A DNA stretch of 63,959 bases from Octopus bimaculoides (taxonomy: Eukaryota): NCBI RefSeq assembly GCF_001194135.2, contig NC_068983.1, forward strand, positions 155,344,290-155,408,248. Direction: 5' to 3'. Positions 50,051 through 63,800 of the stretch are shown one piece after another (position 1 is the stretch's first letter; each line of letters begins with the position of its first letter). The position numbers and the translations under genes are program-made. Below the pieces are notes generated by a model. It was not told where the DNA came from and ran no database searches. It worked only from the letters and a program-made list of their open reading frames with translations.

Positions 50051-50684
50051 ATCTTTTCAATTGACTTATTTCACTTTATTTTATTTTACCTTAATCTTAT
50101 TAATTTTTCTCCAATTGATTCACTTACATCTCATTCTTCCATTTGTGCTGAATATTTGGTATATTTATTACCCACCACCACCACCCACCGAAAACAGAAA
50201 ACAATTTCTTATGTTTCATGTTCTTTTAAATATTTCTATTAATCTATTGCCAGCATTTTCGTATAAAAGTTTGGAGTAAACCTGCGTATGTAAATCTTAA
50301 ATAGCTAACTTGTAATAACTGGACACCGCTTCCACCATATTTTCCACGATAAATGCAACGAATCAGTCTCTAGTGTTAGGAGGTAATATCGTCGTTAATT
50401 CACTTGTAAATTAGTCTCATTAACCCTTTCGACTCCCAATCCACTGCATTAGCGCAATAGCATTACTTTTACTAATACGATAAATTCCTATTAATCTATT
50501 CTTAGCATCTAATTAAGTTTAGAGAACTAACATAATGAATCTGCCGTTTATTTTTGTTTGCATTTTCTCTTTCGTTCGACAATATGTTATTCTTAGTTAT
50601 TCCTTCTCAATCTTAGGTATTTGCAGATTTGCTCTAGTTTGATTTTCTGATTTCATTATTTTGATTTAACTAATCTAACTACAT

Positions 50685-50997
50685 AGTGGTTCAGTGGTTA
50701 GGGTAATTGACTCGCGATCATAGGGTCAGATGTTCGATACTCGGCGGCGCCTTGTGTCTTTCAGCGAGACACTATTTCACGTTGCTCCAGTCCACTCAGC
50801 TGGCAAAAATGAGCTGTACCTGTAATTCAAAGGGCCAGTCTTGTCCCATTCTATGTAAGGCTGAATCTCTCTCAGAACTACGTTAGGGGTACACGTGTCT
50901 GTAGAGTGCTCAATTACTTGCATGTTAATTTTACAAGCAGACTGTTCCGTTGATCGAATCAACTAAAAAGTCATCGTCTCAACCGAAGGTGTGCCAG
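50685..50997 (+). mobile_element. SINE A' (tRNA head, D-like core, A-like tail)
   Basis: tggttcagtggtt head; gagacactatttcacgttgctccagtccactcagctgg core; ctacgttaggggtacacgtgtc tail. Confidence 0.85.
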
Positions 50998-51394
50998 TTC
51001 TTCATATTTTCTACCGCTGTTTTCAAACAAATCTCCACACATACAACTTGTATTATTTGTAATTGGAATACAGACGGTTGTCACAATAATAAACACGTTT
51101 ATTCCGACCCAGTGAGGGATCACTATATAATCGATGTCTGCTAAAAATGGCAGTGAAATTTTTCCAACATCCTATTCCAATTTCTTATAAAGCATGACAA
51201 TATTGTATGATGTAATCCACGATAAGCAATAATGCTAGTGAAGTGTCAGAATAAATTCTTAGCAGAAGCATTTTCGTTTGTGTAAGTCCAAGATATCTGT
51301 TTTCCTTATGTATTGACATGTTTTGTATTTTTATTGCCCGTTGACAAATGAAGAAGGAATCATCGTCGACGTCGTCATCAGTAATTTTGGGAGC

Positions 51395-51536
51395 TGTTTT
51401 TTTGTGATCCTTTCTAACAATTTGTGTAAGAGTCCGATGGTCCCTATCTGAAAGTTTTGGTTTTCTTCCGGAATTTTGTTTCGACGAGGAGTTTTTCTCT
51501 CTTTCTCAAAGCTGTCATTACTTTCGAGACAGTACT
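51395..51536 (-). pseudogene. Tc1-like transposase fragment (cut by a gap)
   Basis: STVSKVMTA then, with a frameshift, SSSKQNSGRKPKLSDRDHRTLTQIVRKDHK. Confidence 0.8.
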
Positions 51537-52490
51537 NNNNNNNNNNNNNNNNNNNNNNNNNNNNNNNNNNNNNNNNNNNNNNNNNNNNNNNNNNNNNNNN
51601 NNNNNNNNNNNNNNNNNNNNNNNNNNNNNNNNNNNNNNNNNNNNNNNNNNNNNNNNNNNNNNNNNNNNNNNNNNNNNNNNNNNNNNNNNNNNNNNNNNNN
51701 NNNNNNNNNNNNNNNNNNNNNNNNNNNNNNNNNNNNNNNNNNNNNNNNNNNNNNNNNNNNNNNNNNNNNNNNNNNNNNNNNNNNNNNNNNNNNNNNNNNN
51801 NNNNNNNNNNNNNNNNNNNNNNNNNNNNNNNNNNNNNNNNNNNNNNNNNNNNNNNNNNNNNNNNNNNNNNNNNNNNNNNNNNNNNNNNNNNNNNNNNNNN
51901 NNNNNNNNNNNNNNNNNNNNNNNNNNNNNNNNNNNNNNNNNNNNNNNNNNNNNNNNNNNNNNNNNNNNNNNNNNNNNNNNNNNNNNNNNNNNNNNNNNNN
52001 NNNNNNNNNNNNNNNNNNNNNNNNNNNNNNNNNNNNNNNNNNNNNNNNNNNNNNNNNNNNNNNNNNNNNNNNNNNNNNNNNNNNNNNNNNNNNNNNNNNN
52101 NNNNNNNNNNNNNNNNNNNNNNNNNNNNNNNNNNNNNNNNNNNNNNNNNNNNNNNNNNNNNNNNNNNNNNNNNNNNNNNNNNNNNNNNNNNNNNNNNNNN
52201 NNNNNNNNNNNNNNNNNNNNNNNNNNNNNNNNNNNNNNNNNNNNNNNNNNNNNNNNNNNNNNNNNNNNNNNNNNNNNNNNNNNNNNNNNNNNNNNNNNNN
52301 NNNNNNNNNNNNNNNNNNNNNNNNNNNNNNNNNNNNNNNNNNNNNNNNNNNNNNNNNNNNNNNNNNNNNNNNNNNNNNNNNNNNNNNNNNNNNNNNNNNN
52401 NNNNNNNNNNNNNNNNNNNNNNNNNNNNNNNNNNNNNNNNNNNNNNNNNNNNNNNNNNNNNNNNNNNNNNNNNNNNNNNNTATATATATA

Positions 52491-52708
52491 TATATGTATG
52501 TTTGTGTGTCTGTTTGTCCCCCCACCATCGCTTGACAACCGATGCTGGTGTGTTTACGTCCCAGTAACTTAGCGGTTCGGCAAAAAGAACCGATAAAATA
52601 AGTACTAGGCTTACGAAAAATAAGTTCTAGGGTCGATTTGCTAGACTAAAGGTGGTGCTCCAGCATGGCCGCAGTCAAATGACTGAAACAAGTAAAAGAG
52701 TAAAGAGT
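52491..52708 (+). mobile_element. SINE C 3' half
   Basis: Matches 47990-48200. Confidence 0.92.
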
Positions 52709-52711
52709 ATA

Positions 52712-53880
52712 TTTGTTAAAGTTCCCAAAGTAGTGGCAGACAAGTTGTCGGCCTGTAGTTTGAGACCACAGTATTTTTCTTCTCGCCTTTCATAAGGTTT
52801 GTCTTATCTTTAGTCATCCACTTTGAGATTCTTCTAAGTTGAGGATTAGCATTTATTATCTTAGCCATTCCTCGCTAAATCTACCCACATCTTCTAAATT
52901 ACTTGCTTGAATGTATTAAACGTTCATGTAGTCCATGTGATCTGATTGTCTCCCACTTAGATACTTAGATGTTTTCTTTTCTAATGACCTCCTGAAATAT
53001 TATTGCTATGCCAACCTGTTTAATTTTTCATTGCTTTTTTTTATTTACTTCTTTTACACTCTGCCTCTTCATTGTAGATATCTTTCTTATTTCATATATC
53101 ACTACAAAGCTTTTTACTCTTCTCTGCGTTTAGCATTTCGCTATTATGTCTTTCTCTCCGGATTTCCAAACAATCTTTTCTGATTATTTATGAAACAACT
53201 TCTTTTACCAGAAGCCAGTCTATTCTATTTTCATATAAGTTTATGTTAGTTGTTTTGCTGACATTCTGTTTCACTTCTGTTACAATATTTATTCATCACT
53301 TTTCCCTCTTTACATTACATTTTCTTTCTAGTGTTTTAATTACTCGTTCTTTCTTTAACGATTCTTCTTTAAGTAGATATAGTCGACTTACCTCCCGCTT
53401 CCAGCTATTGATATTGTCTTCAGACAGTCTTTTCTAACATGGTATTTGTCCGTTTTCAGTTTACCTGCCGTGTAGCCATCTTTTATTATTACTCCTGTTA
53501 CAGCCTTGTATAGATTATATACCTCCAGGAGAGAAGTGGCACATATTTTACAATATTGTCGGTTTCTTTTGTTTTGTTTATCACCTTTCTACTAATCCTA
53601 CGAGTTATCATTTTGTTCAAGTTTCTCCAATATCTTATCTATCAATTCAATCTTGCCTCTCCGACCATCATCCAACATTTTTCAGTTTTATTTCTTCTCT
53701 CTGTAATTCACCAGTTTCGTCACTGTGATTAACACTTTCTCAGCTTTTGCATATCCTTCACTTACGTTACCTTTATCTTTACTGTCGTCCTCCGTTGGAT
53801 TTTCAATTTCCTTTTTAATTCCTCTTAAGTTTAAGTTCGGTAAGTGGCCATTAATTCTTAATAAATCGAGACTGCGCTGC
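52712..53880 (-). pseudogene. Old R4/Dong-like LINE fragment (pre-RT region to first RT motif)
   Basis: SNYRPTTCLPLLWEL at about 52720-52762; FINNQKRLF; NLYENRID; IPC*KRLSEDNINSWKREVSRL. Confidence 0.78.
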
Positions 53881-54348
53881 AGTTTTCTGTTCTATCACTA
53901 GACACCCACCCACCTTCTTCTTCGTCGTTGTCCTCTCCTTCCTCCTCCTTTCTCCTCCTCTTCCCCATCCTCCTTTTCCCTCCTCCTTCTTCCTCCTACT
54001 TCATTTTCCTCAGAACACAACGCTGCACTGTGCACCTTGGATATATGCAGTGGCTGTTTAGATATTATCGGTTTTACGTAATATATGCAATGCCTAACAG
54101 GGCTACTTTCTGTATACTTTGCATATTTATAAATCATGAATATTTTTTTAGTTACGTATTTGTATTTTTTAAAATCATTTTCATACTACTTATGATTATT
54201 GGAATTGTTGCTGCTTTTTGACCCCGCATTTGGTTATCTCTATGTCCAGATCTTTATATTTAGATGCGATCTCCATTTCTTGTTAAAAGCCTCCTCCTCC
54301 TCCTCCTCCTCCCCCTCCCCATCATCATCATCATCATCATTGTTATAG

Positions 54349-54570
54349 AAGCCAGGGAGCTAGTAGAGTCGTTAGCTCGGCGGGTAAAACGCTTAGAGGC
54401 ATTTCGTCTGTCTTTACGTTCTCAGTTCAAATTCCGCCGAGGTTGACTTTGCGTCTCATTCTTTCAGATGAAATAAGTCGATAAAATGAGTACCAGTCAA
54501 GTACTGCGGTCGATGTACTCGACTCTCCAATTCCCCATAAATTCCAGGCCTTCTGCTTAACATAGAAAGA

Positions 54571-54627
<57 letters not shown>
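54349..54627 (+). mobile_element. SINE B with long (ATT)n tail
   Basis: B core and tail. Confidence 0.88.
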
Positions 54628-54781
54628 TTCGTAATCATCTTCTTTAAATTCTGTTTGCATTTTTTGCCGAGTGTCTGCCTGATACCTAGGGCAGAGAATA
54701 GCACTGTATACATTTGTAGGCCATTAAAACAAACACACCAGATTGTTCATTTACAAGTCATGTGTTAGAGAAAAACGGTAA

Positions 54782-54784
<3 letters not shown>

Positions 54785-54842
<58 letters not shown>

Positions 54843-55665
54843 CATCATCATTATTATAGTTATTATTATTACCATTGCTTTTGCACAGCTCCTAACGCTG
54901 GAGATGTACTACAGCTTCATCTGTTCACTACCAGTGAACTAAGGTAACACCTCTTATTTTTCGAGCACATTCCGAAGAATTCGACCGGTTCAAAGCAGTG
55001 CTATTTTCTACACGTGCTCCACCCTTATTGCAACCCCATTTTGTTCTATGTACTTCTCAAGATTTTTACTCACTGTTCCCAGGGTTCGACAATTATTGGT
55101 ACTACGACCTTTTTCATTGACCACAACTACTTAACCTCCCAAGCTAACCTGTCATATCTATCGACATTTCTTTCTTCTTTATCGCATACTTTGTTGTCAG
55201 CTGGGCATGCTATATCTACGATCTAGCATAGTTTGTTTTCTTTCTCAATTAAGACTGTCCAGGTCGCACTGGATCATAAAATCCCATAGCATCTTTGCAT
55301 TTCTATTTTCGACGATGCCTTCGGGTTTGTGGTCGTACCAATTTTTTGCTCTCTTAAGTCCATACCTGTTGCAGAGTGTCCAATGGACAAGCATGGCTAT
55401 ATTGTCGTGGCGTCTCTAATATTCCTTCTGGGCTAGTGGCGTACATTGGCCAGTAATATGCCATGCCATTTTGTCCACAGATTCGGCACTTATCACTTTC
55501 TGCTCTGTTGTCTATTCTGTATTTTATGTAGTTTGTTCTTAGTGCTTGCTCTTGGGCAGCACAGATTAGAGCCTCCGTTTCCGGTTTCAAATCACTTTTA
55601 GTCATCCACAGCCATCTTTTCTCTGTCTGTCTTATCTTCAACATCCCTATGATATTGACCATGCA
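54785..55665 (-). mobile_element. 5'-truncated R4/Dong-like LINE 3' end with (TAA)n tail
   Basis: WLWMTKSDLKPETEALICAAQEQALRTNYIKYRID...KCRICG; downstream REL region; the 3' UTR ends in (TAA)n. Confidence 0.88.
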
Positions 55666-57171
55666 TTCTTTTCTTTACTGGGAAAACCAGAAATGAAAAA
55701 TAATTTTAGTAAAACAAACAAAACAATAAATGAACAAACGTAAAATGAAATAAAAAACTGACTGAACCGCTACAGATTTAGCTTCACTCAACTGTGTACT
55801 TACGATTTTAATGGATAAAGAAAAATATGTGAATAAAATTAGTGTGCGCTTCATAATATAAAAAAGTTCTATACTCTTAAATTTCAACCAAATATTTTTC
55901 TTAACCTGTTAAAATCATAAATACGGTAGACTGGCCTAGTGGCTTAAGCCATCATCGCAAAATTTCAAGTTTATTTCATATTCTGTTTTCAATCTATTGA
56001 CAATTTTAATCCAGTACCAATTACTTGAAATGAGACAAGCGATTATTGATGCTGCAAATCAAACGCATTTCGACCTTTCTCCGAATAAGAAAAAATAACC
56101 TCTTTCTCTCATACGATCAAGAGTTCACAAACGGTGACATAACTGAAATTCAAAAATATGAATAAGCTGAAAGAGGACTAAATTGTGGAAAAAGCTCTTT
56201 AACACATCCAAAAAGACTAAATTGTGGACAAAGCTCTTTAACACATCCAGCGAGGAATTAATATTTTTGGGCCTTAAGATAGAAATTTAGAATGAAGTAG
56301 AAAAGCTGTTGAAGATTTAAGTGAATCTAAAATCTGTTATCAGGAAATTTAGGAAGAAAAACTGTCATGGAAGCGAGGAAATTTTAACGCTTTCACAGAG
56401 GGAGAGAAAAAAAAGCAACTAAAAAAAAGCATTAACTCCTACTTTACTGGAACTATACAAGCAAGAAAACCACATTGAGTGAATAATAATAATAATAATA
56501 AAAATAATGATAATAGAATAATGATGATGATGTTATTTTTTATGATGATAATAATAATAATAATAATAATGATAAAAATAATAATAACAACAACAACAAT
56601 GAACTAATGCTATTTGTTTATCATTTGTAAATTATTTATTTTATATATGTATACTGTAGTAAATCGTTGCTCATATCTAAATTGTTTTATTGTTCTTTAA
56701 AGCGTTTAAATTTCCTTATGTAAAATCTCAGCAGCGAGAACATAACTGCCATTTATAACATAATTTCTATGTGAATTAGCCTCTAAATAATCTTCCATTT
56801 TGCGATTGTGCATTTGGAGCCAAATGAATCGTTAAACTGAAGTATTCTTCTATATGTAATATACATACAATGGTACTATCTCTCTCTATCTCTGTTTGTC
56901 TCTCTATCTGTCTGTCTGCCTGTCTGTCTGTCTCTGTCTCTGTCTGTCTCTCTCACTTTCTCTTTTTCTTTCTTACACACACACACTCACACGTGCACGT
57001 ACATATACGTCTAATAATTCCTATCTGCCAACCTATCTTTTGTGTCACGCTTCAAACTAGTCAACGAAATCGTAGACATAATCTATTAGAAATACATCAT
57101 TTATATTCGTTCATATTAATCGTAGGACGCATAAATAAATATCTTAAATTAAGTATGGTTTATAATATATT

Positions 57172-57345
57172 CTACATTTAGTTTTTCATCGGCCATTAAA
57201 TTGCAGCCATGTTGAGCTACCGCTCTGTAGGGTTTAGTCGAGCATACTGACCCCAGTAATTATTTTAAAGCTAGATATAATTTTATCAATGTGTATTTGA
57301 GGAACCGCCAAGTCACGGTAGATTAACATCACTGATTTTTAGCGG
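57172..57345 (-). mobile_element. SINE C 3' half, old
   Basis: gcagccatgttgagctaccg...ctgaccccagtaattattttaaagctag...gaaccgccaagtcacgg. Confidence 0.7.
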
Positions 57346-57526
57346 CATAAACATAAACACAAATAAGCACATTCACACACAGACGTATGTATGTATGCAT
57401 GTATGTATGTATGTATGTATATACGTAGGTATGTATATATGTGTATGTGTGTGTGTGCGCCTGTTAACTGTTATATAGTGAAAGAAAGAGAGAGAGTGAG
57501 ATGTATATACTAATGTATATCTATAA

Positions 57527-57600
<74 letters not shown>
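57527..57600. repeat. (ATCT)n microsatellite
   Basis: Direct reading. Confidence 0.98.
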
Positions 57601-57827
57601 CCTTTGCTATCAAGCAGCCCGATGAAGCGTAAGCAGGCCAAGACTTCAAAGTCACAGTCAACAATCATTGTTAAAAAATAATATATACTCTACAAAAATA
57701 TTGAGTCATCCTTCAGTTTAATGCGAAATTGTTTTTATAAAAATAATCCTTACTCTCAAACACACATATGTGTATGTGTATATATCTATATTTATATGTG
57801 TGTGTGTGTGTGTATGTGTGTGTGTGT

Positions 57828-58153
57828 GAGGCACAATGGCCCAGTGGCTAGGGCAGCGGACTCACGGTCATAGTGTTTATTGAGCAAAAATACCTAAATC
57901 TCCACGAGGCTCCGGTAGGGTGTGGTTGGAAGCCCTCCAGTATTCTTTCAACGCAACTTTCTCTCACTCTTACTTCCTGTTTGTGTTGTACCTGTATTTC
58001 AAAGGGCCGGCCTTGTGACACTCTGTGTCACGCTGAATCTCTCCGAGAACTACGTTAAGGATACACGTGTCTGTGGAGTGCTCAGCGACTTGCACGTTAA
58101 TTTCACGTGCAGGCTGTTCCGATGATCGGATCAACTGGAACCGTCATCGTAAC
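57828..58153 (+). mobile_element. SINE family A with internal deletions
   Basis: aggcacaatggcccagtggctagggcagcggactc...gatcggatcaactggaacc. Confidence 0.9.
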
Positions 58154-58402
58154 CAATATATATATATATATATATATATANNNNNNNNNNNNNNNNNNNN
58201 NNNNNNNNNNNNNNNNNNNNNNNNNNNNNNNNNNNNNNNNNNNNNNNNNNNNNNNNNNNNNNNNNNNNNNNNNNNNNNNNNNNNNNNNNNNNNNNNNNNN
58301 NNNNNNNNNNNNNNNNNNNNNNNNNNNNNNNNNNNNNNNNNNNNNNNNNNNNNNNNNNNNNNNNNNNNNNNNNNNNNNNNNNNNNNNNNNNNNNNNNNNN
58401 NN

Positions 58403-58473
<71 letters not shown>

Positions 58474-59974
58474 GTGTGTGTGTGCTTGTGTGACGAAATA
58501 TTCAAAAAATGAAGAACCACTTATAGTATTTCGTATCCACAACAGATCACTAACAAATCATTAAATACCAATATATGTACTTGTGAGTGTTCTCATGTCT
58601 CTAGTCAAAATTCTATCTGGGTGGAGGTTTTAAAATTTTCTTCAACAAAAAAATACTTTAAATAAGGAAATCAGAAGACTTCAATAGACATAAGTTATTA
58701 ACAGTTACTCAAATACTCTAGTAGATGAAGTTCTTTTATGGGCACAAATTTACCACAACTGATACAACATTCAAATAAAACACACAAACCAGTCTTATAG
58801 TATGCTGCACTACTAAGGTGCACCCTTGTCATAGAATGGATGAAGCAGGCATTTGCAGTTTAGTAATTACTCAGGGTAGACAGTTGGTGACGTTTATGTA
58901 GTACACACACACACACACACACACAAGCGAAACACAGGCACGCTATTGAATTGGAGGCAGGTTTACTTCTGCTTTTATTGTACGTGAAGAAAACGTTGTT
59001 GTAGGAATGTACGTAGCACGTGTACTACAGCAAAACTATGTATAGCTTTAATACTGAGATGGAAAGGCAGGGGTGAATTATGCCTACCTAATCAACGAAA
59101 AAAAATATATATTTTGTATTTTATACAGAGTAATAAGAATAACCATCATAATTCTATTGAATTTGGTGCATATTTTGCCATAAAGGGAAAATGTTACTAT
59201 CGATCTATTTTATTCAAGGTAGGCACTGCCTACTTTGGCTACCCAGGCGGCTCGTGCCTGGGATATCCCACAGACAGTATGACAACGCAAACATTCGGGA
59301 AATATGACAAAATTACTAAAACTAAAAGCTTTCTCATCAGCATGAAACCACAACCTAAAAACCACAGTAGGTACTTCAGACAAGCAAAGTATCATACAAA
59401 TTTTGATGTAAGCATAAAAGTTTGGCTTCGTAAGTCAAACTGTTACATCTAACACACACGATTTCTCACATTTCTCACTAGTTGACACAGCATTTAGAAC
59501 AAAGAACTATTGCAACCTTTTATAATACAGAAGTATGAAACAGAACTAGGAAGACAAACATTTGTTGATTATTCTGTTACACTACTACAGAATTTCATTA
59601 TGCAGTATTAGCCATGGGCGATTTATTAGCAGTAAAATTAGCACGCAGATACAGCACGCGTGAAATAAACTATGACAGTCAGCTGGAGGTAACTCTTGAA
59701 TAATTCTAGATTCGAAAATGATGATTTCATTAGTCATAACATCATTTCCATGTTCACTAGCTACCGACTAAAATCGCAACGTTAATGTGCCGTTCTCATT
59801 TTCTCATTTTTTCATTTAGAAGGTAAGATCGAAAAAGTCTTGAAATGTTAATGAACTTAGGAGTGTTAACATTTTAAGTTAACCGTAAACAAATAAATAA
59901 AGTTATATCAAAATCATGAATAAAAATCATTGAATGCATTCGTCTCTTCAGTATAAAATGTTTGAAAGAGATGC

Positions 59975-60024
<50 letters not shown>

Positions 60025-60254
60025 NNNNNNNNNNNNNNNNNNNNNNNNNNNNNNNNNNNNNNNNNNNNNNNNNNNNNNNNNNNNNTATATATATATACAT
60101 ACATCATAATACAAAAATCTATATATATGCATGAATGTGTGTATGCGCATATGTGCATGTAGGTGAGTGTTTTATATATATATGTATATATAAATTTATT
60201 AATGTATATAAATGTGTGTATGCGTGGAGAGTTAGAAAGGTATGTATATACAAG

Positions 60255-60295
<41 letters not shown>

Positions 60296-60368
60296 ATGTG
60301 TGTGTGTATTGATATGTGCGTGTGTGTGGGTATGCATATGTGCGTGTGTGTGTTCCTGTGTGCATATA

Positions 60369-60399
<31 letters not shown>

Positions 60400-60775
60400 T
60401 CACTCTTTCTTTACAGAAAACTGCATTAACCCGGTTATTCCGATTTTCCCTCTTTGTGAGTCAAGGATTCAAAATGAATTTGTCTTAGCTTGCTACAGTC
60501 CTGTCAATGCTCTTATTTAATAATTTACTAACAATTCCTTGTGCAAATAAAACAAGCCCAGAACTCTGCGTTTCTCTTTCTTCCTTCTTCCTTCCTGCTT
60601 TTCTCTCTTTTCATCTGTGTTTACAATTGCTCACCTATTCATTTGCGTAGTTTTTTTTTAAATATATTTTGGCTTATATTTTATGTTGTTGCTTGTTTTA
60701 TTTCATCGGCGCCATCAATAAATCCTTTTGCTTTTTTTCTACCTTCGACGTCAACTAACTGCCAAATGAACCTGT

Positions 60776-61115
60776 GGAACAACAACAACAACGACGATGA
60801 CGACGACGATGACAGCAATATCAGTAATAACAACAACAACAACAACAGCAACAGTAGTAATAACACCAAAAACAATCTCAACGAACCACTGCTAATATCA
60901 GCAACAACAACAAACGAGTCGTATTAAGGCTAGTGCATTATTATTGTATGGTCAATATTAGCAAAGCATCAACAATAACAAAAACAATAACAACAACCAC
61001 AAAACCACAGCTAATACTACTGCAGCTAGGACTACAACTACCACTACTGCCACTACCACCGCCACTACCACCACCACTATCACCGCCACCACCACAACTA
61101 CCACGACCAGCAAAA
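60776..61115. repeat. Compound (AAC)/(ACC)/(GAC) trinucleotide field
   Basis: Direct reading. Confidence 0.95.
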
Positions 61116-61759
61116 TAAAACAATTACAAGCGAATGAATCTAATGGCTAGTCTATCCTCGTTATATGGTCAATATTAACAAGACGACAACAGCAACAAGG
61201 AAAGTACCATCTAATGGCTAGTGTATCATTGTTGTTTGGTCAATATTAGCTAAAGATCATGGTAAATTCAGCTGCCTTTCTCTGTTATTCTATTGTTTGT
61301 TTTTTAACACTACAAATGGTGTTAGCTTGGCCATTCAATAATCTGATTTTGGTCTTTACCTTGATTTTATCATGGCTTTTCACTTGATTTTTCTTTGCTT
61401 TGCATTCAATTGAAAATAAACACATATGCGTGAGTGCGTACATGTACATACGTACTTATACGCATGCACACACAACAAAATGCACAGACAGCCACAAACA
61501 CAACCACACACACATATTCACGCATTCATAAAACCAATTACAAAGCATACATGCACAAGCAATGCACAACATATTCGCACATAAGCATGCAAGAATACAA
61601 ATATGCACGCATAACCAAAACTACATGCAAATGCACACAGGCACACGCATTCATACACACACACAAACACACACACACCGATTTATATTGGAAGCGAAGT
61701 TGTTTATTAAGAAAGTCAAAATCCACTAAAGTCATTTAAAGAAATCATCATCATCATCA

Positions 61760-61818
<59 letters not shown>

Positions 61819-62104
61819 GCTTGCTGTACTATTCTGGCAGATTGTTCAATAAGGTTAGATATTTCGGTCTGTTGAGATTGTTTAGAAGCTAGAAACTAGC
61901 CGATTTAGAAACAGTCTTGTGTTGTCCGCCACCAGAGGTCACTGAGGCTAATTGTGTATGCTTAAATCTTTATATTCCATTTGTTTCTTCTACTTCTTTC
62001 TGTCCTTCGTTCCTCTCTTCCTTCCTTATATGCTGACTTTCTTTCCTTCCTTCCTCTGTTTTCTTATTTACTCTTTGTCTTTCTCTCCCCCCTCTCTCTC
62101 TCGC

Positions 62105-62182
<78 letters not shown>

Positions 62183-62403
62183 NNNNNNNNNNNNNNNNNN
62201 NNNNNNNNNNNNNNNNNNNNNNNNNNNNNNNNNNNNNNNNNNNNNNNNNNNNNNNNNNNNNNNNNNNNNNNNNNNNNNNNNNNNNNNNNNNNNNNNNNNN
62301 NNNNNNNNNNNNNNNNNNNNNNNNNNNNNNNNNNNNNNNNNNNNNNNNNNNNNNNNNNNNNNNNNNNNNNNNNNNNNNNNNNNNNNNNNNNNNNNNNNNN
62401 NNN

Positions 62404-62640
62404 NGTGAAGAAGGAGAAGGTGAAGAAGAAGAAGAAGAAGAAGAAGAAAGAGAAGAAGGAGAAGGAGGAGAAGAAGAAGAAGAAAGAGAAGAAGGAGAAG
62501 GAGAAGTAGAAGGTGGAAAAGAAGAAGAAGAAGAAGAAGAAGAAGAAGAAGAAGGAGGAAATGAGAGAGATGAAGGTGGAGAAAGAAGAGGGAGGATAAG
62601 AAAAGGAAACAGGAGATGAGGAAGGAAAAGAAGGAGACGA
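62404..62640. repeat. Purine-rich (GAA/GGA) low-complexity tract
   Basis: Direct reading; source of the poly-E/K ORFs. Confidence 0.97.
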
Positions 62641-63245
62641 AAGACAAAAATGACGAAGAATATGAAAAAGGAAAAGAACGAGGAGCGAAAGGAGATGAAA
62701 CGAAGGAATAAATAAATAAATAAATTAGTTAACAAATAAAACAATGGTTTCTAGCATAAGCAGAAAACCGCACATTTTTGAGAAGCGTAGGCGGATGTAG
62801 TACAGTTGATTATATCGATTTTCAATAAATGAATGGTACTATATCTTATCGACTGCGGAAAGAGGAAATGTAATGCTGACATCGGTGGGATTTGATCTCA
62901 GAATATATGGAGATGTAACTAAATACTGCAATGTATTTTGTTCGTCGTTCGATTAATTTTGTCATCTGTCACTTTACATAAGAATGGGTTTTAAATGAGG
63001 TACGTGGCCACACGATATGAAGGAGCGCAGTCGTTAAGTTATCGTGTCATCCGACGTAAATGAAACGATGCAATTTTAAGGTAAGACTCTCAAAGGACTT
63101 AAAGACTGCGACGCAATTTGTTCGATATTCCTATGGATTTAACCCCAGCCCCCAATATGAAGCAGATGTAAGTTGTTAACACTCGAAATTGCATTCTAGT
63201 AACCATTTAGGCGAATGTAAATCCAGGTCTGCTGTATCAACAGTT

Positions 63246-63476
63246 AATGATAATAATAATCCTTTCTACTAAAAGCACAAGGCATGAAATTTTGGGTGAG
63301 GGGGACTAGTCGATTACATGGACCTCAGTGTTCATTTCGTACTTATTTTATCAACCCCGAAAGGATGAGAGGCGGAGTCGACCACGGTGGAATTTGAACT
63401 CAGACCGTAGCTGCAGACGAAATACCGCTAAGCGTTTCGTCCAGCTCACCAACTTAATGATAATAATAATAATAAA

Positions 63477-63542
<66 letters not shown>

Positions 63543-63730
63543 CTACTGGAAGCACAAAGCCTCAAATTTAGGGGAAGGGATTAACTCGATTACATCAACC
63601 CTAGTGCGTAACTGAAAGGATGAAAGGCAAAGTCGACCTCAGCGTAATTTGAACTCAGAACGTGAAGACGGACGAAATGTCGTTAAGCTTTTCGCCTGGC
63701 GTGCTTATGATTCTGCCAGCTCTCCGCCCT
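63246..63730 (-). mobile_element. Two B SINEs (63246-63452, 63516-63730) embedded in (AAT)/(ACT) repeats
   Basis: B tails, cores and heads on the minus strand. Confidence 0.88.
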
Positions 63731-63732
63731 AC

Positions 63733-63798
<66 letters not shown>

Positions 63799-63800
<2 letters not shown>

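Noticed and set aside
56176-56249. 39-bp-period tandem duplication
   Set aside because: It is real but an ordinary local slippage event with no further structure.
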